Numbered from the stretch's first letter, positions 8,283-17,388 are shown. The stretch is DNA of 32,000 nt from Promethearchaeia archaeon (GCA_046497275.1 JAWOFX010000044.1:4774-36773), one strand, 5' to 3'. Made by a program: numbers and translations. The notes: generated from the letters alone by a model not told the origin.

Positions 8283-8912
8283 TTATTTTTTATATTTAAT
8301 TAATAGTTCGGCAACTCTTTTTCCTAAATTAATTGCTATAATTCCCGCTAGTTCATCTGTTTCCTCTTTTCGCAAAAACTCCTTTCTTCCATATTTTTGG
8401 AGTGAAGTGACAGGAATATTTTGCTCTAAGACCGGATTACCAAGTGCACCTACGATTATCATCCCCTGAATTATTGCGAAGTTAATTAAATCAGAAATAA
8501 CACCCCCCGCAGCGTCATTTCTCGTGCCAATTGCGACTAAGGGTGCAAATATGATATTTTTTAATCGGTATTTATCCATTTTCCAAGGGCGAGAACGATC
8601 AATTAGAACTTTGAGTTGTGATGAAACACTTCCAAAATAGCTCGGTGAGGCAATTAATATAGCATCTGAATCCAGCAAAGTCTCTTCCAGCTTCTTCATA
8701 TCATCATTTTCCGATAAAGGACATTCATAAGGGTCTCTAAGACATTGATCACAGCCTGTACAAGCGCTAATTTCAAAATCTCCGATATATAGTTTATTAA
8801 TTGATATCTCTTCCGAAATTACTCTTATTCCTTCAATTGCTTTTTCAATTAAAAAATTGCAACTCTTATTTTTACGTGGAGAACCCACAATAAGACTTAT
8901 TTTAAATGTCAT
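8283..8912 (-). CDS. iron-sulfur flavoprotein / NADPH-dependent FMN reductase (flavodoxin-like) family
   Basis: GSPRKN FMN-binding loop, compact C-x2-C-x2-C-x6-C (CTGCDQCLRDPYEC), ASPSYFG and LKVLIDR. Confidence 0.85.
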   Translation of the reverse strand: MTFKISLIVGSPRKNKSCNFLIEKAIEGIRVISEEISINKLYIGDFEISACTGCDQCLRDPYECPLSENDDMKKLEETLLDSDAILIASPSYFGSVSSQLKVLIDRSRPWKMDKYRLKNIIFAPLVAIGTRNDAAGGVISDLINFAIIQGMIIVGALGNPVLEQNIPVTSLQKYGRKEFLRKEETDELAGIIAINLGKRVAELLIKYKK

Positions 8913-9028
8913 ATAATTGGAGAATTTATGAAAGTATTAAATTTTTCGTTATCATATTCAATGCATCGTATATTATTATCAAAATCAACAAGAAATCTTC
9001 TCAAAATGAATATAAAAATCAAATTATC

Positions 9029-9952
9029 TTATAATCCACGATAAAACTCAGGTCGTAAAACTTCTTTATGTGAGAGTCCATATTGTAGAGTATCTAAGAT
9101 CTTTTGTTTATCTTTTTCAAGAATCCCTTTTATAGGAAGATAATTTGATGCATGATTGGATCTAAACACACAATGGGCTTTTTTATTAGGAAAATTTATA
9201 TTTTCGATAAATATTTTCAATTCTCTTAAGATTTGCTCTGATGACATCTCTTCAAACATTCCATTCTGCTTTCTTTTAAACATCTCTGTGCCAGGTGGTA
9301 CCATCAGACTTAAAAATGCGATATACCAAATTCTCTCATCTTCTGGACATATTTTATTCACTAAATCTGCGGATTCTATAGCGTGTTTTTTTGAAAGTTC
9401 GGGATTATTTGCTCCCCCCAATCCATTTATAAAAGTTGCCGAAAGTGTAATATTAGCTTTGAACAATTTTTTTGAAGCTTTAATATGATCTTCTTTTAAT
9501 GCGTGTTTATGCACGTTCTCTAAAAGTTCATTATAACCTGATTCAAATCCGACATATGCAATCTTCAATCCAGCATCGAATAGTGCTTTTAATTGTTCAT
9601 CTGTTTTTTTAATAATATCTTTGGAATGAGCATATACACCACATCGCTCTAAATGTGGAAATATCTCATATGCATATTTTGTTACATCTAATAATTTTTT
9701 AACAGGGGTAACCATTGCGTTTCCGTCTAAGAAAAAGATTCTTCTAACATTTGGTCCATATTGATTTCTCGCAGCATCAAGATCTTGCTTTACTTTAATA
9801 ACCTCTCTTACTTTAAACTGTTTTCTTAAGTTTGACATGCAGAAATCGCATTTGTAAGTACATCCTTCCGTAAGCTGAATCAATAATGAATTACCTTCTG
9901 AGGGAGGTCTGAATACGGGTCTACAATAATAAATATCACCATTATCAGACAT
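9029..9952 (-). CDS. radical SAM protein (RPPSE-type family), paralog 1
   Basis: CTYKCDFC = CX3CX2C; RPPSE, FLDGNA, GFESG and FRSNHASNY motifs. Confidence 0.85.
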   Translation of the reverse strand: MSDNGDIYYCRPVFRPPSEGNSLLIQLTEGCTYKCDFCMSNLRKQFKVREVIKVKQDLDAARNQYGPNVRRIFFLDGNAMVTPVKKLLDVTKYAYEIFPHLERCGVYAHSKDIIKKTDEQLKALFDAGLKIAYVGFESGYNELLENVHKHALKEDHIKASKKLFKANITLSATFINGLGGANNPELSKKHAIESADLVNKICPEDERIWYIAFLSLMVPPGTEMFKRKQNGMFEEMSSEQILRELKIFIENINFPNKKAHCVFRSNHASNYLPIKGILEKDKQKILDTLQYGLSHKEVLRPEFYRGL

Positions 9953-9958
9953 GATTAT

Positions 9959-10651
9959 CTATTTTTTTTTAAATTCTTCTAAATCTATTTTCCCTTCCAT
10001 ATATAATTCTTCTTTTTCTTCGTCAGCTTCATCTGGTCTATCATCACAGTATGGTAAATGCCGACTTAGTCTGACATACTCATTACCACAATAAGGACAG
10101 GGAATAGTTTCTTTTTCCTGCTTTTTTTCTTTCTTTTTCTTAGATTTTCGAGGTCTAGTGGGAATATAATCATCTAGATCTACATCTTCAGGAGCAAATT
10201 CACATTCTGTAATATGTGCCGCTAAATTATCAAATGTTTCTCCACAAAAGGGACATTCTACTGCGAAATCCTCACTTTCATCGATCCCTTTCCCTGTTTT
10301 TCTCTTTTCAAACCTTTCTGGAATTTCCTCTTCTTCTTCCTCGAATTCTTCAACAGATAAGTCAATCTCCTCCTCCTCTTCCATTTCTGCAAGTTTTAAT
10401 TCCTCGGCTTCCTTTTCTTTAATGAGTTTTTCTGCTTTTAATTTACTTTCTTGATATATATCTGAAACTTTTTGATTTGTTTGAGAATAAAGTGAGCAAA
10501 CTTGACAAACATATGCTTTGGTACCTAATACAAGATCTCTCTCTGGACAATAAGCTAGAGGTTGCAAACTACTAGAAATATTACCTAATGGTTCAAGATG
10601 CTTACAAGCATTTTTTCTGATATATTTTAGTTTTTGTTTTCTTCTTGGCAT
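9959..10651 (-). CDS. zinc-finger protein with two C-x2-C-x9-H-x3-C fingers and acidic low-complexity linkers
   Basis: CPFCGETFDNLAAHITEC and CPYCGNEYVRLSRHLPYC, plus an N-terminal Cys/His cluster (CKH...YC...CQVC). Ends 6 nt before the radical SAM start. Confidence 0.8.
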   Translation of the reverse strand: MPRRKQKLKYIRKNACKHLEPLGNISSSLQPLAYCPERDLVLGTKAYVCQVCSLYSQTNQKVSDIYQESKLKAEKLIKEKEAEELKLAEMEEEEEIDLSVEEFEEEEEEIPERFEKRKTGKGIDESEDFAVECPFCGETFDNLAAHITECEFAPEDVDLDDYIPTRPRKSKKKKEKKQEKETIPCPYCGNEYVRLSRHLPYCDDRPDEADEEKEELYMEGKIDLEEFKKK

Positions 10652-10745
10652 TGTATATCACTAAAAAGTAGTAATTAAAAAAATGAATTATAAAATAAAA
10701 TTTTTATGATTAAAATATGATAATTGATTCTATATCAATTATAAA

Positions 10746-12392
10746 TTAAAAATTAAAATTTATAGAGTCCAGATCTTCCCTGATTTTGTTTTGAATATCT
10801 TTATCCTCTAAATTTGGAAGTAATTCTTCTAAAATATTTCTCAAATCTGTAATTTTTTGAACTAATACATCTGTTTTTGTCCATAATGATTTACGTAAAG
10901 GATGATTTTTTATTAGCGCCATATTGTAATTTTCAATAGCCTCTCTATAGAAGAGACAACTATTTTCTAATAAATTTAATCTCGATTGGTATATTGTTCC
11001 TATTTTATGGAAACATTGAGCTGCGCCTACATAATCTTCTACAGATACAAAAAGAGTAGCTGCATTTTCAATTTTATTTAAAGCCTCTTCCAATACACTA
11101 TTCTCTCCTCTTTTTAGGAGTAAATACCCTAATAAATAATCTCCCTCCCCTTGATAAAACAATGAATTTTCTTTTTTTGCGAGGACTTTCAACTTCTCTG
11201 CAAATTCCTCTGCCAGAATTAAATGATTACTGGAAATGCAGTTTTCACAAATAAGTTTCAACAATTCTAAAACACGCCCAATATCTCCAATATTTTCATA
11301 TTTAGCAATTGCTTCACGATATTTCTCCACACCTAGGAAAATATCTCTATTTTTTAAAGCTTGATTTCCTTCATACACTAGTTCTTCTGCCAAAGCTTGT
11401 TTTTGTATGTTCTGATCTTCAAAAGGTTTTTTCTGAGTTCCATAAAATAAATCATCCCCATCAAAAGTAATTTCGTTACCCATAGGAATTTCATCCAACA
11501 TTTCTTTATCAAATTCCATATTGATATTACGAGGGTTTTGAGTTTTTTTCCTTTGATTTTCGATTTGTTCGATATTTCCAGTATAATTAGATTCTAACTT
11601 GAAATCTTCTCCATAAGCCGATTGTAAGGGTTTACCAGCAGAAACAAGTGCAGATAATTCTGAGAGTACATTTGCGAAGAAAAATTTGTTCAGTCCTTTG
11701 ACAATATAATCAACGTCATGATAATTAGAATCATAATTAGGATGATTTGTATCCATCTGTACATCTGAGAGACGATATATTTCAAATCCAGTATCAAATT
11801 TTGTAATTTTATGTTCAGTCCCTTCTATTTGTTCTTTTTTTTTCTTTCCCAGTAAGGTATGATCGAATACTAATCCAATCGCATCTGGATTTGCTCCTTG
11901 AAAACCTAATTGATTAATCAAATCGATATATGAAAAAAATAGACCAAGTCCAGGATGAGAATGAAACCATCCTACTATATATTGGTTTTGATTTTCTTCT
12001 TCTAATTTCTCTTCGATATTTTGAATAAAACCATAATGTCGTTCATCTAATTGAACATCGGTTGCATGTCCAAATGTTAAAGCTTCCGCTCTTTCAACAT
12101 ATACAAATTCTTCATCAGTATATCCTATAAGTATTCCATAGATTTCTTTCCATTTCTCTGGAGGGATAGATTTATTTGCGTATCTACTCGCGTATAAAAT
12201 AATTGTTTTATATGCTTCTGCTTTAATAATGACAGCTTTCTCATATTCCTCTTCTTCTTCACTAATCGTTTTTGACTTTAGATCATAACTATCTATAGAA
12301 TTTCCTGAGTGTTCTTTTAGATCGGATTCATTATCTATTTTCTTTTCAGTTTCACTATCTTCATTATCGGGTTTCTCTAATTCTCTTGACAT
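10746..12392 (-). CDS. JAMM/MPN+ metalloprotease-domain protein with C-terminal TPR/SNAP-like helical repeats
   Basis: EIYGILIG...GWFHSHPGLGLFFSYID gives a complete E...H-x-H-x7-S-x2-D motif. The C-terminal ~200 aa show a TPR-like A/G/Y pattern. Confidence 0.85.
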   Translation of the reverse strand: MSRELEKPDNEDSETEKKIDNESDLKEHSGNSIDSYDLKSKTISEEEEEYEKAVIIKAEAYKTIILYASRYANKSIPPEKWKEIYGILIGYTDEEFVYVERAEALTFGHATDVQLDERHYGFIQNIEEKLEEENQNQYIVGWFHSHPGLGLFFSYIDLINQLGFQGANPDAIGLVFDHTLLGKKKKEQIEGTEHKITKFDTGFEIYRLSDVQMDTNHPNYDSNYHDVDYIVKGLNKFFFANVLSELSALVSAGKPLQSAYGEDFKLESNYTGNIEQIENQRKKTQNPRNINMEFDKEMLDEIPMGNEITFDGDDLFYGTQKKPFEDQNIQKQALAEELVYEGNQALKNRDIFLGVEKYREAIAKYENIGDIGRVLELLKLICENCISSNHLILAEEFAEKLKVLAKKENSLFYQGEGDYLLGYLLLKRGENSVLEEALNKIENAATLFVSVEDYVGAAQCFHKIGTIYQSRLNLLENSCLFYREAIENYNMALIKNHPLRKSLWTKTDVLVQKITDLRNILEELLPNLEDKDIQNKIREDLDSINFNF

Positions 12393-12554
12393 AATAAGAT
12401 GGAGATATTTTTATAGAATTAAGTAAATCTTATAGAATAAATAATAAAATACTTAATTAAAATTATCTATTATCAAAAGACCTAAAAATTTATTAGCTAA
12501 TAAAAAGTGAGAAAGGATAAATACAAAAAAATTTTTAGGTTAATCCAATAAAAC

Positions 12555-13769
12555 CTAAATTACTCCCTTTTTTTTAAGAGTTTTAATTTCATCTCTTGAA
12601 TACCCCAATGTTTTTAATATTTCTTTTGTCTGTTCTCCAACTTTGGGTGCTAAAGATCTAATACTTAAAGGAGTCCTAGAATATTTTATTGGTGTATTTA
12701 CATTTGAGATTTCCCCTACTTTAGGGTGGTACTGCTTAACTACCATATTTCGAGCAATTATTTGAGGATCTTTACAAGCTTCAGAAAATTTTTTAACTGG
12801 TGCGACACATGCGTCCTTACCTTCGAAGATCTCCATCCATTCTTCTTGAGTTTTTTTCATAAATTCCTTTTGGATCTCCTTGAACACTTTTTCTCTTTCC
12901 GCTCCTTGAAGACCTTGTTTTAATTTTAAATCTTCTCTTCCTAATGTTTCACATAGCGTGTGCCAAAATTTCATTTCAATTGCTCCTACTGTTAGATAAC
13001 GATTATCCTTTGTTTTATAAATCTGATAATAAGGTGCTGATCCATGAAGAGGGTTCTCAGGTACTATAGTGCTACTTTTTTCCTCAGAAAAATGATATGC
13101 GGCAGCCATAGGCATAAAGGAAAAGACAGTATCCAGCATACCAATATCAATATATTGTCCTTGATTATTTGGATTATTTTTTCTCTCTAAAATAGCACCT
13201 AAAATTCCTATAGTTGCTAATAAACCCCCTCCAATATCTGCTGCTTGTATTCCTGGAACTACAGGTTTTCTCTCTTGATTTTCTACATCATACTTTTTTC
13301 TCTTTCTATTTAAATCCAACATTCCGCAAATCCCAACATAGTTCATATCATGTCCCGCCCATTGTTCATAAGGACCTGTCTGCCCATATCCTGAAAGTGA
13401 ACAATAAATTATTCTGTTATTTATATTTTTAAGGGTTTTATAATCAATTTCTAATTTTTCCGTTACTTTAGGCCTGAATGTCTCTAATAAAACATCTGCC
13501 TTTTTAATTAAGGTGTAAAAAATTTCTTTTGCCTTTTGGTTTTTGAGATTTAACGTTATAGATTTTTTATTTCGCATAATAATTGCATTAAACGCGCTAT
13601 ATCTGTGTCTGCCTTTTTGATAAAAAGGTGGAGGATTTGCATAAGGGAATTTGGGATTCTCTACTCTTATAATTTCTGCTCCCAAATCTGCCAAGATCAT
13701 TGAACAATAAGGACCAGGGAGCATTCTACTTAGATCTATTACTGTTATATTTTCTAAAGGTAATGTCAT
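12555..13769 (-). CDS. family III CoA-transferase (CaiB/BaiF; AMACR-like)
   Basis: DLSRMLPGPYCSMILADLGAEIIRVE, RNKKSITLNLK, ETFRP, SGYGQTGP, GHDMNY and ADIGGG. Confidence 0.9.
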   Translation of the reverse strand: MTLPLENITVIDLSRMLPGPYCSMILADLGAEIIRVENPKFPYANPPPFYQKGRHRYSAFNAIIMRNKKSITLNLKNQKAKEIFYTLIKKADVLLETFRPKVTEKLEIDYKTLKNINNRIIYCSLSGYGQTGPYEQWAGHDMNYVGICGMLDLNRKRKKYDVENQERKPVVPGIQAADIGGGLLATIGILGAILERKNNPNNQGQYIDIGMLDTVFSFMPMAAAYHFSEEKSSTIVPENPLHGSAPYYQIYKTKDNRYLTVGAIEMKFWHTLCETLGREDLKLKQGLQGAEREKVFKEIQKEFMKKTQEEWMEIFEGKDACVAPVKKFSEACKDPQIIARNMVVKQYHPKVGEISNVNTPIKYSRTPLSIRSLAPKVGEQTKEILKTLGYSRDEIKTLKKKGVI

Positions 13770-14001
13770 ATAAATATAAATTAGTTTTTTATTCTTTTAG
13801 AAATTGGGTTTTTTTTGGATAACCGTGTGACATAATCTCAAAATATATTACTTATTCATAAAAAAACCATAAAAAGAAAAAAAAGACAAATAATAACACC
13901 AAAAATAAAGATTTCTAAAATACCGGCGTATTTTACCGTTATGAAACTGATGATACTATATATTTTCAAGAAAATTCTGAAACTTTCATAAATGAATAAA
14001 T

Positions 14002-14325
14002 ATGGGTCCTTTTAGTGGAAAGGATATTCTACTCAGATGTTTTCGCTGTCGAAAGCTTTTCAGAACGCTTAAAGCGACAAATTGGGACGACTTCAAAAGG
14101 ATCGCCGAAAAAGAAGGAGGAGAAATCTTTCAATGAATTTTCAATAAAATTAGAGAAATTATTTTGATGGATCTTACTCCTTGGGAGAATGCTTCTCTCT
14201 TTATTAGTTATTTTCACTATTTAGAGAAAAAAGGGACTATAAACTTTCCAAATTCCTCATCACCCCCGATCAAATTTTCGCCAAAGAACGATCTTCCTAC
14301 AGAAAAACTAAAAAGAAAAGTGTAA
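14002..14325 (+). pseudogene. 107-codon frame of an unknown family interrupted by TGA at codon 45 (14134-14136); pseudogene, recoded gene or two short ORFs
   Basis: MGPFSGKDILLRCFRCRKLF...EIFQ*IFNKIREIILMDLTPWE...SPPIKFSPKNDLPTEKLKRKV. The part after the TGA matches the C-terminus of ORF 16331-16690 (10 of 19 residues identical). Confidence 0.5.
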
Positions 14326-14353
14326 TTTAATTTCAATAAAATCAAACCACAAA

Positions 14354-14478
14354 GGTATCAAATGAGTCCGAGTAAATTTCTAGTGTTGACTCACAATCTG
14401 CCTATGTATAATATTTGCTAGTAGTGTTACCTAACACCAATTCACGTATTTTTTACGGTCTACAGAGAATTGCACTCT
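14354..14478 (-). ncRNA. putative pseudoknotted structured RNA, copy A (family not recognised)
   Basis: Homologous to 16692-16809. Helices read on the minus strand: GGUGUUAGG/UUUGAUACC, UGAGUC/GACUCA, pseudoknot GUGAAUU/AAUUUAC and 5' hairpin AGAG-N7-CUCU. Confidence 0.6.
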
Positions 14479-14654
14479 TAACAATATATTACTTGAGAGG
14501 GAAAAAAATGAATATTTACCAATCTTTAAATTTCATTTCATTTTTTAATTAACATATTTTTCCTTACAAAAGTTTTTTAAAAACGTTTTACACAATAAGC
14601 CAAGTTTTAAAGGAATTATATAACAAATCATTTATTATAAATCAATAGTAAAAA

Positions 14655-16169
14655 GTGATTTATATGAATCAAAAACTAGAAGAAGAATTAGAAAAAGTAA
14701 TTGAGACTGAGGAATCACAGAAAAAATTTATGAACTATGTAGTACGTTTCGGAAAGTGGCTATTATTTGTATTACCTATCATTTTGGTAATCATCACTAT
14801 CCTAACAATCGTTTTAATTGAGGAGATTCCTGAAGCGACTAAGTGGATTGACTCACCAGTAGATTATAAAATTTTAACCATTTTATATGTAATAGTCTTA
14901 GCGATATATTTTTTCAATTCATTAATATTGATAATAACTTCAAGGAGAACTAATAAATCATTAGAACTTCGATTAGACTATGAAAAAAGAAAAGGAAGAC
15001 CAATCGATAGTCTTGATGGATTCCGATTAGTTATGGATAATATTAATCGTGTATTAATCTTGATGAATATAACAGCCTTAATATCCATAGCATCAGTGAC
15101 ATTATTTGCAATAATGTTAACGATAGGAAATGTCGAGTTAAGTTATATTGCAATGGGAACAACACTTGTAGGATTAGGATTAGCTTTGCTGATAAGAACT
15201 GTTAATTTTAACATAACCGATGTAAATGGTCTTCAAGAATTCTTTGAGCCACTTACCCATAGTATTTTATTAGATAATTTTTTTACTGAAGTTTTTAGTA
15301 ATCATTTAGATCCTGTTACATACTTAAAATGGGATGATTATATACTTGGAATAGAAGATATACTTACTGAAGAATTCGTTCAACTAATTTCTGAAAAAGA
15401 AAAGGAAGAACTTCCAATCACATTCGCTATAGAAAAGATTCTCTTTCTTTATTACCTTAAATATCTAGATGTGTTAACAGAAGAGCAATTTATTCAAGAA
15501 TTTAAAGAAGTTGTAGATTTAGATTCTAAAGATTTCGATATTCAAGATGGATATTGCATCGAAAAAAAATGGGTATTTGCTAAAAAACATATGTATAAAA
15601 TATTTAAATTCATAAAGAAACATAATCCCGAATTTTTCACAATAATAGATAGACTACAACTTGAGTTAGTAGATAATATCGAACGAATTGCTAATGATCC
15701 AATATATTTTGACTCATCTGCCAATGAAGTAGTTAATTTACATTCAGAGCTGAATGTTATGATTATTCTTTATAATAATAGACCCGAACCAAGAGATTAT
15801 AGAATCCGAGTGTATGCTCCCGGATTTGAACCTAAAAAGGTTTCATTAGGTATCGAAGTCGAGGGTAGGGGATCTTTTAAGATTCCCAGTGAAAATATCC
15901 CCTTGGTGTCGGATGGAAGACTGGATATCACGCAAGTTCTCTCCATGATCTTAGAAAATGCAGATACTGTTTGGTTAACACTGGAACCAATAAAAAAGGG
16001 AGAACAAACAATTCAAATCTTCATAGAAACGACCGATGGTCATATTGTTGGAGGTGAAACTAGAACAATAAAAGTCAAAACAAATATTAAAGATTATATC
16101 AAAAAACTTTCTTCTCTCGGCTCTGTTGTAAGTGGAATAGCTGTTGCACTCTCACGAGCTATTTTCTAA
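14655..16169 (+). CDS. hypothetical membrane protein (4 N-terminal TM, helical middle region, beta-rich C-terminal domain)
   Basis: 504-aa ORF with GTG start at 14655 or ATG at 14664. Four hydrophobic segments in the first ~180 aa and alternating beta-like patterning near the C-terminus. Confidence 0.8.
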   Translation: MIYMNQKLEEELEKVIETEESQKKFMNYVVRFGKWLLFVLPIILVIITILTIVLIEEIPEATKWIDSPVDYKILTILYVIVLAIYFFNSLILIITSRRTNKSLELRLDYEKRKGRPIDSLDGFRLVMDNINRVLILMNITALISIASVTLFAIMLTIGNVELSYIAMGTTLVGLGLALLIRTVNFNITDVNGLQEFFEPLTHSILLDNFFTEVFSNHLDPVTYLKWDDYILGIEDILTEEFVQLISEKEKEELPITFAIEKILFLYYLKYLDVLTEEQFIQEFKEVVDLDSKDFDIQDGYCIEKKWVFAKKHMYKIFKFIKKHNPEFFTIIDRLQLELVDNIERIANDPIYFDSSANEVVNLHSELNVMIILYNNRPEPRDYRIRVYAPGFEPKKVSLGIEVEGRGSFKIPSENIPLVSDGRLDITQVLSMILENADTVWLTLEPIKKGEQTIQIFIETTDGHIVGGETRTIKVKTNIKDYIKKLSSLGSVVSGIAVALSRAIF

Positions 16170-16330
16170 ACTTTATTTAAGTATTTTATTTTTGTTTTTT
16201 TTTAGCAGATTTAATGAGTATGAGTATTATTTCTTTTAGGATACCAATCTCTATGAAATTTGAATATGTCTAGAATAAAAATCTAATTAAAATACTTACA
16301 TTTTAAGAAAAATAATTAGGAAAACGGAAA

Positions 16331-16690
16331 TTGGTTGATAAGGGAGTCAAACATAATGGATTATTCCGCTTAAGAAATTGTCATATTATTCACGGAGATA
16401 CCAATGGTGCGGGAAACATCGACAGAAAGAAACATCCAGATCTCTTTTCAATTGAGATAATCGCCTACAATTTTGGTTTAAATTCAGAATTTTACCTTGC
16501 ATATAATTTTCTCCCCGATCATTTGAAATCTAAACATAAAACATTGACTCACTCAGAGAGAAGAAGATTTAAAAGTTTGGTTAATAGATTTTTGATGAGT
16601 CCCCGAATTTTATTTAGTCCGTCGAACGGAATACTCATAAAAGAGTTAAAAAGAGAAGAAAGGCTAAATAAAAGTAAGATTAGAAAATAA
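16331..16690 (+). CDS. 119-aa basic hypothetical protein, homologous at the C-terminus to the 14002 frame
   Basis: TTG start. SPRILFSPSNGILIKELKR matches SPPIKFSPKNDLPTEKLKR, including Ser codons switched between AGT and TCN, which points to protein-level conservation. Confidence 0.6.
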   Translation: MVDKGVKHNGLFRLRNCHIIHGDTNGAGNIDRKKHPDLFSIEIIAYNFGLNSEFYLAYNFLPDHLKSKHKTLTHSERRRFKSLVNRFLMSPRILFSPSNGILIKELKREERLNKSKIRK

Positions 16691-16691
16691 A

Positions 16692-16809
16692 AGTATCAGA
16701 TGAGTTCAAGTAAATTCCTTTCAATTACTCAAACTGCATATACTTAAATAATAGTTTTACCTAATACCAATTCACTTACTTTTTGCGGTTCTTAGAGATG
16801 TACGCTCTA
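16692..16809 (-). ncRNA. putative pseudoknotted structured RNA, copy B
   Basis: GGUAUUAGG (16768-16760)/UCUGAUACU (16700-16692); UGAGU/ACUCA; pseudoknot GUGAAUU (16775-16769)/AAUUUAC (16716-16710); hairpin UAGAG-N7-CUCUA (16809-16793). Confidence 0.6.
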
Positions 16810-16875
16810 AAAAATGCATAAATTTCTTACAATTCGATATTAAGTTTCAAAATAATAAATATAGAAAAAAAGAGA

Positions 16876-17388
16876 TTAAATTTCGATTATTTCAGCTTGC
16901 ATTTTTACCGTATCTACTATTGCAAATGTTGGCTTACCAGTCAAATAACCACACGCTTCTCCAGGATTTACTACTAATGTACCATTTTCATATCTTTTAT
17001 TGATAATATTATGGGTATGCCCTATTAATATTATATCAAAATGTCCAGATTCAGCTAATGCGCTAACTGTGTCCTCACTAGCGATATGTGTTGCATAAAT
17101 TTTTTTTCCATTTAATTCTGTGATTAATTCCATTCCTACTAAATCGCAAAGTCTCCCTAAATTTTCCTTCAAAAAGACACGATCCCCATCATTATTGCCA
17201 TATACTCCCATAAAATTATCTTTAATATTGTCATTTAGCTCCTTAAAAGCATTATATGTAAAAGGGGAAACATAGTCTCCACAATGAATGAGGGCATTAA
17301 CTTCGCGTTGATTAAGAATAGAAACTGCTTCAGAGATATTACTCATATGATCATGAGTATCTCCGATTACACCTATTAACATTTTCAT
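16876..17388 (-). CDS. metallophosphoesterase, YfcE/MJ0936 family
   Basis: GDTHD, HCGD, GNND, H, GHTH and NPGE motifs. Confidence 0.9.
   Translation of the reverse strand: MKMLIGVIGDTHDHMSNISEAVSILNQREVNALIHCGDYVSPFTYNAFKELNDNIKDNFMGVYGNNDGDRVFLKENLGRLCDLVGMELITELNGKKIYATHIASEDTVSALAESGHFDIILIGHTHNIINKRYENGTLVVNPGEACGYLTGKPTFAIVDTVKMQAEIIEI

Noticed and set aside
13917-13934. Palindrome AAAATAC-CGGC-GTATTTT between the CoA-transferase gene and the 14002 frame
   Set aside because: Single occurrence with AT-rich 7-bp arms; it could be an operator but nothing else supports it.
14362-14393. AUGA...GA after the 14002 frame as a possible SECIS
   Set aside because: There is no 9-bp stem between AUGA and a GA. 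The AUGAGU pairs Watson-Crick with ACUCA, and copy B follows a gene with no internal UGA.
14362-14421. Short + strand ORFs MSPSKFLVLTH... and MSSSKFLSITQ... (16700) in the repeated element, and similar-looking minus-strand peptides
   Set aside because: They hit stops within 15-19 codons and the conserved blocks fall in different frames between copies; base pairing explains the substitutions better.
16697-16734. Hammerhead-like CAGAUGAGU...ACUCAAAC on the + strand
   Set aside because: The CUGAUGA and GAAA core residues are not intact, copy A lacks them, and wobble pairs favour the minus strand.
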